From an uncultured delta proteobacterium (lineage in GTDB: Bacteria > Desulfobacterota > Binatia > Bin18): a stretch of DNA of 64,000 nucleotides. The position numbers and the translations under genes were made by a program. This document shows positions 39,644 through 50,370 of the stretch, piece by piece. The first letter of the stretch is position 1. Each line of letters begins with the position of its first letter. The notes under the pieces are model-generated. The model worked only from the letters and a program-made list of their open reading frames with translations, searched no databases and had not been told where the DNA came from. The stretch covers positions 64,799-128,798 of the forward strand of contig CAVTCR010000060.1 in assembly GCA_963733195.1 (NCBI GenBank). The letters run 5' to 3'.

Positions 39644-40266
39644 TTTCGTGCTTCCCTCCGCGCCCGCTTCCCAAGATATCCACCGTGGTGAAACTTGGCA
39701 TAGTCGGCTTTGGTGAATTTTTTCTTTTCCATAAGTACGACGGCAAGTGCATCAGCGAGGGCAAGCATAGCTGTAGTGCTCACTGTGGGCGTGAGTCCGA
39801 GCGGGCACGCTTCTTTCACAGCACCGATACATAGCACCACGTCACTCTGATGTGCGATTGGTGAATTGCGGTGGCCAGTGATAGCGATCAGATGCATCCC
39901 GTTGAGCTTCTTCGCTCTAGCGATCGTCTCCAATACCTCTCGCGTTTTGCCACTATTTGAGAAGGTAATCAGCACATCGTGTTTGGTGACAAGCCCTAGA
40001 TCACCATGCGCCGCTTCGCCTGGGTGCAAGAAACAAGCAGGTGTTCCCGTAGATGAAAGTGTTGTTGCCAGCTTTTGTGCAATAATGCCGACTTTCCCCA
40101 TCCCTGTAGTGATCACTTTTCCTTTGCAACGCTTGAGAAGGTACACCGCATGGAGAAAATGATTATCTAGTGTAATGGAGCGGATCGCTTCTGCTTCAGC
40201 GACAAGCACCGCCCGCGCTCGGTCGAGCGCGTTCGTAGCTTCTGCAAGTCCATTGCTCTTCACCAT
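39589..40266 (-). CDS. kdsD: Arabinose-5-phosphate isomerase family (KdsD/KpsF/GutQ), SIS domain only, no CBS pair
   Basis: TGMGKVG, HPGEAAHGDLG, SNSGKT, EACPLGLTPT, FHHGGYLG. Confidence 0.8.
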   Translation of the reverse strand: MVKSNGLAEATNALDRARAVLVAEAEAIRSITLDNHFLHAVYLLKRCKGKVITTGMGKVGIIAQKLATTLSSTGTPACFLHPGEAAHGDLGLVTKHDVLITFSNSGKTREVLETIARAKKLNGMHLIAITGHRNSPIAHQSDVVLCIGAVKEACPLGLTPTVSTTAMLALADALAVVLMEKKKFTKADYAKFHHGGYLGKRARREARKESRVQGSGSLRVSESGR

Positions 40267-40288
40267 CCCCCAATCCCTAACCCCTACT

Positions 40289-42439
40289 CTACTTTTGCCA
40301 CCGTGCCATACGTCCACGCGCAGCAGCTTTTCCACCCCGACGGCCAGCCACACCTTGCGAAGTTGCCCCACTACGCGCCACCATCGGTTTTTCTGGTTTC
40401 ACAGAAACGATTGGTACGGCCACACTCGTCCCGGATTCAAGGCCGAGGCTTCGTTGTTCCAGCGCTTGCAGGCGGTCACGTAAGAGTGCGGCTTGCTCAA
40501 ATTCTAAAGCTGCCGCCGCTTGTTTCATCTCCTTGCGTGTCTGCTCAATCCGCACAGCTAATTCTTGCGCCGAAAGGTATTCTTCCGGCGTTTCTGCTGC
40601 CATCGGAATATCGCTGTAATCGGAGTCGTATACTTTCACCAGTGATGAGAGAATCGCTTTCTTGATACTTTGTGGCGTGATGCTGTGTTCTTCGTTGTAC
40701 GCCGATTGGATACGACGGCGACGCGCGGTTTCACCAATCGCACGTTGCATGGAGTCAGTCATCTTATCCGCATACATGATCACCGTTCCCTTGATGTGGC
40801 GTGCCGCCCGGCCAATAGTCTGAATCAGGGAACGCTCGGAGCGCAGATACCCTTCTTTGTCGGCATCAAGAATCGCCACAAGCGAGACCTCAGGAAGGTC
40901 GAGACCTTCGCGCAAGAGGTTAATGCCAACCAAGACATCAAACGTTCCACGCCGCAGTTCCCGCAGAATTTCTACGCGCTCGATGGTATCAATGTCCGAG
41001 TGCAGATAGCGCACCTTAATACCAAGCTCTTGATAATACTCGCTCAGATCTTCCGCGAGCCGTTTCGTCAAGTGTCGTCACTAATACGCGCTCGCCATCA
41101 GCAATACGGAGACGAATTTCTTCGAGTAGATCATCGACCTGAGATTTTGCCGGACGGACGATCACCTCTGGATCGATCAAGCCGGTAGGGCGGATCAACT
41201 GTTCAACAATTTGTCCATCACTTTGCTTGCGCTCATAGTCACCAGGTGTCGCTGATACGTAGATAACTTGTTGTGCCCTCTGCTCAAACTCACTGAAATT
41301 AAGTGGTCGGTTATCGAGTGCGGACGGTAAGACGAAAGCCATATTCCACCAGCGTCATCTTCCGCGTCCGATCGCCACGATACATACCGCCAATCTGCGA
41401 CACAGCAATGTGGCTTTCATCGATGAAAAGCACGTAATCCTTGGGAAAGTAGTTTAGCAGCGTAAACGGCGGCTCTCCAGGTGCGCGTCCGTCGAGATGG
41501 CGTGAGTAATTTTCAATTCCCAGGACAGAATCCCATTTCCTCCAGCAAAGCGAGATCATAGAGGGTACGTTGCTCAAGGCGTTGGGCTTCGAGCAGTTTG
41601 TGCTCGGTTTGTAACTGCGGGAGCCGCTCGTTGAGTTCTTCACGAATCCCACGAACCGCTTTCTTCATACGGTCAGACGTCGTGACGTAATGGCTCGCAG
41701 GATAGAGGGCGATTTTATCGAGTCGCCGCAGGACTTTTCCACGCAGCGGATCGATCTCAGCAATTTTGTCGAGCGTGTCGCCAAAAAACTCAAAGCGCAA
41801 GGCCTTCGACTCTTCGTAAGCAGGGAAGACTTCGACGACATCACCGCGCACACGAAACGTCCCGCGGTGGAAATCCATGTCGTTGCGTTGGTACTGAATG
41901 TTGACCAACTTCCGTAGCAGCGCGTCGCGTTCGACTTGGGAATTTTCCTCCGCAAACAGAATGAGATCAAAGTATGATTCCGGCGAACCGAGACCGTAGA
42001 TGCACGAGACACTGGCGACAATGATCGTATCGCGTCGCTCTAACAACGCTTTCGTCGCAGAGTGGCGCATCTTATCAATTTCTTCGTTAATCGCCGCATC
42101 TTTTTCGATAAATGTGTCTGTTGAGGGAACGTACGCTTCAGGCTGATAGTAGTCGTAGTAACTGACGAAATAGCGCACGGCATTCTCAGGAAAAAGTTCC
42201 TTGAATTCGTTGTAGAGCTGGGCAGCCAGTGTTTTGTTGGGAGCAATCACCAGGGCTGGACGGTTCACCCGGGCGATGACATGCGCCATGGTGAACGTCT
42301 TGCCCGATCCAGTTACCCCGAGGAGCACTTGATGGGTACGTTTCTCGTTCAAGCCTGTGGTGAGCTGGTCAATTGCTTGCGGCTGGTCACCTTGCGGTTG
42401 AAACTCAGAGACAAGTTTGAACGTTCCTTCATGCGGCAT
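40289..42439 (-). CDS. uvrB: Excinuclease ABC subunit B; frameshifts near 41515, 41335 and 41070
   Basis: [63 protein letters not shown] across four ORF pieces. Confidence 0.95.
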
Positions 42440-42479
42440 AACGGCGCATCATAGCAAGGCCGATCAGAATGGCCAGTAG

Positions 42480-43495
42480 AGGTGCCACGCTCTCTAACTG
42501 TCGAGCTTCAATCCGACAGCCACTGTTAGGCACTTTATGCCAGACTTCAATGCGAAACCGACATGAGTTCCATTCTACGCACTCCAGGGCCTCGATGGGT
42601 GAAGGCACTTCGCAGGGGGTGAGCAGTAACCATTCCAGGGGCTCCACGCCCGCCGGAGGATACTCCTCGACCACGTGCACGGTCCAGATCGTCACGCTCG
42701 GCAACCGCTCGGCCCGGCGATGCCCGGGCGGACACACCTCCACCGCGCCAAAGCGCAACGTCAGCACCGCCGTGCGGGCTGGCTGAGCGCCCTGGCGGGG
42801 CACGGGCACGGGGACAATCTCGGCCACCGGCTGCACTCGCACGGCCGCCCACAGATACCGCTCCTCGTGCGCGACCCGCCGATCCCACGCCGCACGCACG
42901 AGTAAATCCACGCCCTCCGCCCGCTCGGCGACAGACAAATCGTACACATCGGCTTCGCGATCCGCCACACTAATAAAGTGCGTCTGCGGACACTCATGCT
43001 GCGCCTCATTCACCGCTGCTAAGCTGCGCAACCACTTCCCACTTTCTTTCTCCCCAATCGCACGATGCCGCTGTGTCGCCCGCTGACCCACGTTCTCTGG
43101 ATCGCGTGCCCACACGTCTTGGGCTAATAATCCCAGTGGCACCCGTTCCGGCGTAAACGCCAGCGTGCTATGCACCATCAAGCCCCGATGTTTGGGATGC
43201 CCGATCGGCCCCATCCCCGTCGTCGCCGGATGCGCCGTCCAGTCTACCTCCGTGGTATCTTGCACCGCTAACACCACGGGCACTCGCACTGCCCGCTCAT
43301 ACGTCGCGCTCACATGGCTGGCTAACAGCTCCGCCGGGGAGACCGCCTCATTGTCGAAGAAACGATAGGTCGCTTTCAGCTCCGCTGGACTCCCACACGC
43401 CTCCGGCAGGCTCGCCATCGGCTGCTGCGCTAAGACCGTCGCCATGCGGATCACCCGCTGCGTGCGCCGCGCATCGCCCAATTGGGCTCCGCTAG
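42480..43495 (-). mobile_element. IS4-family (IS50/Tn5-like) transposase remnant, truncated at both ends
   Basis: LGDARRTQR, KATYRFFDN, AVQDTT, KESGKW, VADREADVYD, EWLLLT, degenerate YREK motif; more GC-rich than its flanks. Confidence 0.85.
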
Positions 43496-43497
43496 AG

Positions 43498-44265
43498 TTA
43501 TGGTGGGGGCGTTGAGCCGCCGTTAGCTGGTGTCTGTCCGCCACCCACCAACGGAACAAATCGCACTGGCCCCAAGTCTTCTCGGATTATTTTTCCTTCT
43601 TTCTTTTGTAAGCGAAGGAGGTGTTGCTCCTCCCCCACCTCAACCGGGAGCACCATCTGTCCACCGTCAGCAAGTTGCGCGATGAGCGCCGGTGGAATCT
43701 CGGGGGCGGCTGCGGTCACAATGATTGCGTCGTAAGGGCTCCCAGCCTGCCAACCGAGATTTCCATCCCCGACAATCACCTCTACGTTCTTGTAGCCCAG
43801 CGCCATCAAGCGCTCGCGGGCTGTTTTCGCGAGTTCAGGAATGATTTCGACAGAATACACTTTCTTGGCCAGAACACTGAGCACCGCCGCCTGATAGCCA
43901 GAGCCCGTGCCGATCTCCAGTACCGTTTCCGCTCCCTTGAGACGGAGACTTTCTGTCATAAGTGCAACGATATAGGGCTGAGAAATTGTCTGTTCTTGAC
44001 CGATTGGTAAGGGTCCATCGTCGTAAGCCTGCGACCGCCACGCCGGAGGGACAAACAAATGGCGCGGTACAGTTGTCATTGCCTGGAGAACCCGTTCGTC
44101 GCGAATGTTCCGTTGCCGCAACTGTCCTTCGACCATTTGTTGACGGGCGGCTTGAAAGCGGGTTTCCTTCTCTCTCTTGTCATCCCCGTTCGTCGAGAAC
44201 CCACAACTAGCCCAAGGGGCAACAATCAAGAGGAGAAGACTTAACGCTCCAGGAAGGAACGGCAC
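43498..44265 (-). CDS. pcm: Protein-L-isoaspartate O-methyltransferase with hydrophobic N-terminal leader (start uncertain)
   Basis: VPRHLFVP, QTISQPYIVA, LEIGTGSGYQAA, PYDAIIVTAA, VRFVPL. Confidence 0.9.
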   Translation of the reverse strand: MPFLPGALSLLLLIVAPWASCGFSTNGDDKREKETRFQAARQQMVEGQLRQRNIRDERVLQAMTTVPRHLFVPPAWRSQAYDDGPLPIGQEQTISQPYIVALMTESLRLKGAETVLEIGTGSGYQAAVLSVLAKKVYSVEIIPELAKTARERLMALGYKNVEVIVGDGNLGWQAGSPYDAIIVTAAAPEIPPALIAQLADGGQMVLPVEVGEEQHLLRLQKKEGKIIREDLGPVRFVPLVGGGQTPANGGSTPPP

Positions 44266-44272
44266 AAAGGTC

Positions 44273-45752
44273 TCACTTTTTATTAAACTTCGCGTCCCAT
44301 TCCGCAGTGCGGCTGAGAAAATTCCACACTCGTTGCTTAAATTCTTCTTTACGCGGATAGGCATTATAGCGAGTGATCGCCAACCGCCACGGATCGCCCG
44401 AAAAGAAGCGCTCATAGAGCGTCTGCCGCCCGGCAAATGACGAGCACGAGAGATCCCACGCCAAACGGAATAAGGGAATACGTTTGTCAGCCGGCTGCGT
44501 TGCTGCCTGGTAGTAGAGCTGAACATCAGCGGCACGTTCGACTGCTCAATTCACTGTGGTTCGGAGTCATCACCAACCCGCTCGATCCCAGGAGTTGAAT
44601 GATCTCAACCAAGCGGGGGTAGAGTTGCGGAAACAGTGTTCGCACGGTTGACAGCGGCTGCGGACTCGGCAGGACCGTCCCGCTTGGTCCAGGGATACAG
44701 TCTGCTTCTGACGCACGGATACACGCTCGTACCATTTCGACAGTATTGATCATTTCATGTAGGTAGTTCTGGACATGCTCAAATCCGTTCGTGCCGATTG
44801 CGTCAGTCATACTCAGTGCGACGCCGAGTACGAATTCAGCTTTTGCTAAATCCTTCGTCGCAAACTGATGCATAATCTGGTTCATGCAGCCAGTCTCGAC
44901 AAAGAGCCCATTGGCTAACTGTGGGTTCCGGTAAATGAACACCCGTTCCCACGGTATCAGCACGTCGTCGAAGATTGCCACACAGTCCATTTCATCCATC
45001 CGAGAGGAGAACGGATAATCGAGCACCCGCCCATCCGTCGGCGTAATTGTTGGTCGACAAATAAAACGCAGCCCGCGTGTCGCCATCGGAATACAGAAGG
45101 CAAATGCGTACGGTTTCGCCTCTTCAGACGCTTGCAAATAGGTGGAAGGAAATACCGCTATCTCGTGTGCGAAGGGAGCCAAGGTAGCAATCGTGCGTGC
45201 ACCGCGGATAACGATCCCGGTATCTGTTTCTTTCACAATCGCTGCGGCCGTGTTTTGCGGTTGCAAATGGACCGGCTTGGATTTATCAATCTGCGGGTTG
45301 ATCAAAGTGTGAGTGAGGCACAGATCTTGGTCACTGAGGCGTTCATAGTAACGACGGATATTCTGTCCGAATTGTTGGCCGTCCCGAGCAAAGTACTCGT
45401 GGGCGGAGGCAAACCCCGTCATATGAATATTCATGAAATCCGGGCTGCGACCCATCATCCCGCCGGTCCAATCCATCCAGGTTTTGACCATCTCTCGACG
45501 CCGCCGCAAGTCGGCTTCGTCCTGAGGCTCCAAGTACGAAAGACCAACGCGCTGCTGAGTGTGAGGATGGAGATACGTCAAATGCTCCTGAAGGTCTGGT
45601 CGATGTTGGAGATCATACAGCTCAGCGAGTGACTCTGCCGTTCCACGAAAACGGGGATCTGTGGTCACATTTCGCACTCGTGCACCGTCAATCCAGATCT
45701 CACGCTCATCACGCAGTGACTCTAAGAACTGTTGGCCTGTCCGGACTCCCAT
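44273..45752 (-). CDS. hpaB: Two-component flavin-dependent aromatic monooxygenase, oxygenase subunit (HpaB family); frameshift near 44540
   Basis: RTGQQFLESLRD, GMMGRSPDFMN, HTLINPQ, RMDEMD, FDDVLIPWERVF; shifted frame FRLAWDL...RQTLYERFFSGDP. Confidence 0.88.
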
Positions 45753-45768
45753 CGTTCCACTCCAATCA

Positions 45769-46611
45769 CTACTGGTTACTCTCGTCGAGAACTCGAAAGC
45801 CGGCAATTCCGTATCCCATCAATCCGTAGGGATAGTAAAACCTCAACTCCATCTTCGCGGTCGCTGGTAACGCGGCACGCATAGCGATCCACTGCACGAC
45901 CTCAATAGAGTGCTCGCCACCTAAATGGGCAAAATCGGCCATACTATACGTCATCAGTTCGTGCGGTGTTTCTTCTAAGAGTTGCAGAAATTTTCGATCC
46001 CATTCGGGATAGACCGTACCAAACGCCGTGCCAGTCAACTGGTGCGATAACCCACCAGTACCAATAACAACAACACGGAGATTTTCAGGAAAACTGGCGA
46101 CGGCTCTTCCCAGCGCTTCGCCTAGTGCCCAACAACGCTTCGGCGTTGGCAGTGGCGGCTGCACAACGTTGATCGTCATGGGAATGATCGGGACTGCCCA
46201 GTCTTGATTCAGTAACGGCATGGGTGAGAGAAAACCATGATCCAGCACCATACGCTGTGAAGCTGTGAGATCAAAGCCGTCGTCCACCATTCGTGTTGCG
46301 AGATGCTGAGCAAAAGTGCAGTATCCTGGAACAGTAGGGAAATTTCGTTGCCCCCAACCCTCATCAGCAACCTGATACTTATCTGCCACACCGATTGTGA
46401 AAGTCGGCCACGCATCAAAGAAGTATTGATCGACGTGGTCGTTGTAGATCACCACCAGCACATCCGGTTTTTGTTGTTGGAGCCACTGGTGAGTCCGCGC
46501 AAAGGCGGTGAAGAGCGGCTTCCACGGTAGTTCTTCCGTAAGGCAATGATCGTACGCGTGAGCGATTGACGGCGCATGCGAACAACCAATACCAGCGACG
46601 ACTTGTGCCAT
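45769..46611 (-). CDS. ligB: Class III extradiol ring-cleavage dioxygenase beta subunit (LigB-like)
   Basis: CSHAPSI, YNDH, ADEGWG, LDHG, GTGGLSHQL, EVVQWIAMR. Confidence 0.88.
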   Translation of the reverse strand: MAQVVAGIGCSHAPSIAHAYDHCLTEELPWKPLFTAFARTHQWLQQQKPDVLVVIYNDHVDQYFFDAWPTFTIGVADKYQVADEGWGQRNFPTVPGYCTFAQHLATRMVDDGFDLTASQRMVLDHGFLSPMPLLNQDWAVPIIPMTINVVQPPLPTPKRCWALGEALGRAVASFPENLRVVVIGTGGLSHQLTGTAFGTVYPEWDRKFLQLLEETPHELMTYSMADFAHLGGEHSIEVVQWIAMRAALPATAKMELRFYYPYGLMGYGIAGFRVLDESNQ

Positions 46612-46668
46612 AATAAAACTCTTTGTTTTTTCTGACGCTCGACACTAGACCCTAGACTCCAGCCTCAT

Positions 46669-46986
46669 TCAAGGAAAATCGCATATTGCCGGTTGCGTTC
46701 CGCCTGTTCTTTCAGTGCGTACAAGAGACTCTTCCCGTGTCATACCACGCATCAACGCTCCGACTTCCAACAAGTCGACATTCAGGGCCGCCGCCAGTTT
46801 GGTAAGCAGATAGATACTGACCCCAGCATCGACTAAGCCCTGCCAGTTTGGCTCCAACAGCATACCAACTTCTCCCTCATCTCCCGTGAAACGGCGGTAA
46901 TAGGATTCTGGATTCGCGCGACAAGCGTCACGGTTCGCGGGTTCGCGTAAGCTATACAACATCCGACTGATCTCGTACGTACTCAC
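46669..46986 (-). CDS. ligA: Extradiol dioxygenase alpha subunit (LigA-like); the 3' end may be frameshifted
   Basis: YEISRMLYSL, GVSIYLLTKL, MRGMTREE; directly upstream of ligB. Confidence 0.8.
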   Translation of the reverse strand: MSTYEISRMLYSLREPANRDACRANPESYYRRFTGDEGEVGMLLEPNWQGLVDAGVSIYLLTKLAAALNVDLLEVGALMRGMTREESLVRTERTGGTQPAICDFP

Positions 46987-47125
46987 GACTTGTCTCCTCT
47001 GGTACCGGTTCTTTCTTTTCCCTTTCCGTGCAATACATTATCTCCAGTATTCGGACTAGACGTCTAGGGAACCGCAGAACCTGAACAATTTTGTATGCCA
47101 CGTCTCATGCACTGAGGACACATCT

Positions 47126-48174
47126 ATGGATCTCACGACCCCGCTCGGCCCTCTCACGTTGAAGAACCCACTCCTCTGTGCCTCGTCTGAGTTCACGATG
47201 ACGCTGGCAGGAATCAAAGCTGCATTGGACGCGGGGGCAGGAGCAGTAGTAGCAAAATCCATCAATGAATCTCCGCAAGCCGCCAAGCAACTCGATAGTG
47301 CAGAATACGTATTGCTCGATCAAAACTGGCAGGTTGTTCCTTGGGACAATGCGGATATTCACGCCTCACTCTTTTGTCGCTCTGGTTTGGCACAGACGCC
47401 GCTTCAAGACTGGCTTCGGATGCTCGCCGAAGCCGACGCTTATGCACGTACCAAGGACGCATATGTAGTTGGCAGCATTACCGTAGCCGATCCTGGACCA
47501 GCAGCGGAGATTGCGGCTGCGATGGAAAGCGCTGGGCTACGATGGATCGAATTAAACCTAAGCGCCCCACACGGTCGCGAAGCAGCCAAAGGCGCGATTA
47601 AACAAATTACTGATGCTGATATCGTTGGAGAATATGTCCGCCAGGTACGGCGGGCTATCACCGTTCCTCTGGCTGTGAAACTCACCGCGCAAACCGCCGA
47701 TTTGCTTAGTCGCTCGCTGAGCAAGCTATTCAGGCCGGTGCTGACATGCTGGTGATGATCGGGCGAGTTCAAGGATTCATGCCTGACATTGAAACGCAGC
47801 GTCCAGTGCTCGGATCATGGGGTGCGATTGGTGGACGTTGGGCTTTACCTAACAGTTTGTATTGGGTGAGCAAGTGTTGGCGGACGATCCCTCAGCATGT
47901 ACCGATCATCGGCACCAATGGGGCACGCTGTGCAGATGATGTGATTCGTTTTTTGTTGAGCGGCGCACGTGCTGTCGAGTTCGCCAGTGTGGTCATGAGC
48001 AATGGACCGCGTGTGTTCACAGATATGCTCGAGGAGTTACAAGCCTACGGGCAACGCAAGAACATCAAGCGCTTGGTTGATATCGTGGGCAAAGCAGCCG
48101 ATGTAGCGTTACCTTATAGCGCAATCCCTGACGTAGAGCGGACAGAGTATCCGTGGGATCAATATCTCAAATGA
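47126..48174 (+). CDS. Dihydroorotate/dihydropyrimidine dehydrogenase-fold FMN protein with atypical active site; frameshift near 47710
   Basis: LKNPLLCAS, GAGAVVAKS, ELNLSAPH, PLAVKL, GAD, PIIGTNG, GARAV. Confidence 0.8.
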
Positions 48175-48345
48175 TGAGCAATTGCGTGTGTTCTGAGGAG
48201 CAACTCACGGTATCCTAAGGGGGCATACCTGGAGTACGCCAGGTTCCTGCCACAGGGACGAGGCTCTCAGTTTTCACGGGAGGAAGGAGGACCTAGATGG
48301 AGGGGGCATCCTCGTTGTTTTAATCACTCACTATGAAGTCAGTCT

Positions 48346-48561
48346 TCAGGTCCGGACTTTAGCTTTTCTTTGATCTTGGTGGGCCAGAAGGCGCGGGAGG
48401 TTGAGGGCCCGGATCGCCCCGATGGCGCACTCCCACGCTCCTTCATGACACAGCCCACGCATACTCGCGTCCTCATAGCTCTCTAGCGCCGCGGCAAGAC
48501 AAGCTGCGCGGACCGCCTCAGCGAGCTGGAGGAAATCCTGTTCTCTTTCGTGTTCACTCAT
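48346..48561 (-). CDS. Small conserved-looking hypothetical protein
   Basis: GAGAGGA SD; AVRAACLAAALESYEDASMRGLCHEGAWECA resembles a recurring small-protein family. Confidence 0.65.
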   Translation of the reverse strand: MSEHEREQDFLQLAEAVRAACLAAALESYEDASMRGLCHEGAWECAIGAIRALNLPRLLAHQDQRKAKVRT

Positions 48562-48847
48562 CCCGTATATCCTCTCGTGTCGTTGGTAGTGATACCGCTC
48601 GTGCCTTTTCGGCCTTCTCCTTCATACATCGCGCTGGGAGAGAATAACAGCTTTTGAAACTCCTTTCTGGTGTGATGGAGATGGACTCTGCGGACATAGA
48701 GGGCTGGGGAGGGCGACCTTTCGGTCGAGCGTTTCTCCCTCTTTGCCCACGACTTTCCCAAAGCCCAACCGAGGCGAGACTTGAAAGCCCTTTAGCAACA
48801 GGACTTTTACGACCTACAACGTTTTGACCAGCCCTGTTCGGTTCGCA

Positions 48848-48869
48848 CATTAGCAAACCATTAGCAAAC
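48848..48869. repeat. Perfect 11-bp tandem direct repeat (possible integrase arm-type sites)
   Basis: CATTAGCAAAC CATTAGCAAAC, about 70 nt past the tRNA 3' end. Confidence 0.6.
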
Positions 48870-48901
48870 GGCTCTAGTAGTTGGCGAGGAATCAGAAAGT
48901 T

Positions 48902-48936
48902 CAAAGCCCTGAAGTAGTTGTCACTCCAGGGCTTTG
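48902..48936 (-). terminator. Hairpin downstream of the tRNA
   Basis: CAAAGCCCTG...CAGGGCTTTG inverted repeat. Confidence 0.7.
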
Positions 48937-48941
48937 TGAAG

Positions 48942-49015
<74 letters not shown>

Positions 49016-49023
49016 CATGGCGG

Positions 49024-49053
49024 AAAAGAAAACGACACAGGGGGCTGTGTCGT
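49024..49053 (-). terminator. Intrinsic terminator-like hairpin after rluB
   Basis: ACGACACAG-CCCC-CTGTGTCGT followed by TTTCTTTT on the minus strand. Confidence 0.6.
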
Positions 49054-49088
49054 CGGTCCGGGCTTTGTATCGACGAGAACCTATGAAG

Positions 49089-49829
49089 TCAAGACGGGTT
49101 CTTTGTCTTCCCTGCGATTTGCTTTAACCCGCGAACTTCTTTGGGTGAGAGTGACCGGTAGGCTCCAACTAGTAAATTATCCAGGGACAACGGTCCAAAA
49201 GAAACACGGATGAGCTTTTCCACACGATGCCCAACTGCTTCACACATCCGTCGGATTTCTCGATTTCGTCCTTCACGAAGAGTGATCTCTAACCACACCT
49301 TCTGCTCATTGCTGCGCAAGGTTCGTACCGTTGCCGGACTGGTAATGATTCCATCATCGAGTCGGACTCCACTGCGTAACGCTTGCAACGCCTGATGCGT
49401 CGGTTTCCCTTCTAGCTTGGCATGATACGTTCGTGGGATCTGATAACGAGGGTGCAACAACCGTTCGGTAAGCTCTCCGTCATTGGTCAGCAGTAACAGT
49501 CCAGATGAGTTGAAGTCGAGCCGTCCCACCGGATACACACGGTCCCGGACATCACGCAATAGCTCACGGATAGTTGGACGGCCTTCAGGGTCTTTCAGAG
49601 TGCTAACGAAACCAATGGGTTTGTGAATAATAAAATACAAGAACTCGGGAAAGACGAGCGGCTGGCCATCAACAAGAATCCCGTCATGCCGAGGGTCCGC
49701 CGTCGTTCCCAGACGGGTGACCGTTTCGCCATTCACCTGGACCCGTCCCGACTGGATCAAGGTCTCCGCTGTCCGACGCGAGGCTACTCCCGCTCGGCTC
49801 AGAATCTTCTGTAAACGTTCCAATGGCAT
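49089..49829 (-). CDS. rluB: 23S rRNA pseudouridine synthase, RluB/RsuA family
   Basis: S4 domain ERLQKILSRAGVASRR, VGRLD, EGRNREIRRM. Confidence 0.9.
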   Translation of the reverse strand: MPLERLQKILSRAGVASRRTAETLIQSGRVQVNGETVTRLGTTADPRHDGILVDGQPLVFPEFLYFIIHKPIGFVSTLKDPEGRPTIRELLRDVRDRVYPVGRLDFNSSGLLLLTNDGELTERLLHPRYQIPRTYHAKLEGKPTHQALQALRSGVRLDDGIITSPATVRTLRSNEQKVWLEITLREGRNREIRRMCEAVGHRVEKLIRVSFGPLSLDNLLVGAYRSLSPKEVRGLKQIAGKTKNPS

Positions 49830-50370
49830 CGTGTTCACTAAGAGGGTTAAGAGTGGGTTCATGAATGGTCGGTAACGGCGGTAGACTACTCAGATCATTG
49901 AGACCGAAAAGTTCAAGGAACTGTGGGGTAGTTCCGTACACCCACGGTCGACCAGCAACGTCTTTACGGCCTACGACACGGATCAGTTTTTTGGTCAGTA
50001 ATGAGTTCAATACACCGTCAACATCGACCCCACGCACGAGTTCAACCTCTGCTTTCGTCAATGGTTGTCGGTAGGCAATAATCGATAATGTCTCTAGCGC
50101 TGCGCGGCTCAGTTTGCTTGGCTTCTCTTGCACGAACTTCTTCACATAGTCGGCATACTCTGCCGCTGTACGAAACTGATATCCACCGGCAACCTCGGCT
50201 AGGCGGACCCCGCGATCTACCGCAGCATACTCTTCGATTAAGAGCATCACCGCAGCTCTCACTTCTGTTTGGGCAACACCGATAACCTCCGCCAAGCGGC
50301 GAAGCGCGACGGGAGTCCCGGAAGCAAAGAGCAGGCTTTCGACAATGGCTTTGATCTCAGACGGATTCAT
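49684..50370 (-). CDS. scpB: SMC-Scp complex subunit ScpB
   Basis: ESLLFAS, VAGGYQFRT, LSRAALETLSIIAYRQP, YGTTPQFL. Confidence 0.95.
   Translation of the reverse strand: MNPSEIKAIVESLLFASGTPVALRRLAEVIGVAQTEVRAAVMLLIEEYAAVDRGVRLAEVAGGYQFRTAAEYADYVKKFVQEKPSKLSRAALETLSIIAYRQPLTKAEVELVRGVDVDGVLNSLLTKKLIRVVGRKDVAGRPWVYGTTPQFLELFGLNDLSSLPPLPTIHEPTLNPLSEHDAIGTFTEDSEPSGSSLASDSGDLDPVGTGPGEWRNGHPSGNDGGPSA

Noticed and set aside
44266-44535. Long N-terminal extension of pcm in the ORF track
   Set aside because: This stretch encodes the frameshifted C-terminus of HpaB in another frame
48554-48904. 116-aa and 67-aa ORFs downstream of the tRNA as integrase fragments
   Set aside because: No tyrosine or serine recombinase motifs recognisable
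49684-49829. 146-nt scpB/rluB overlap as functional dual coding
   Set aside because: The overlapping ScpB tail is low-complexity and outside the conserved domain; stop loss or an indel is more likely
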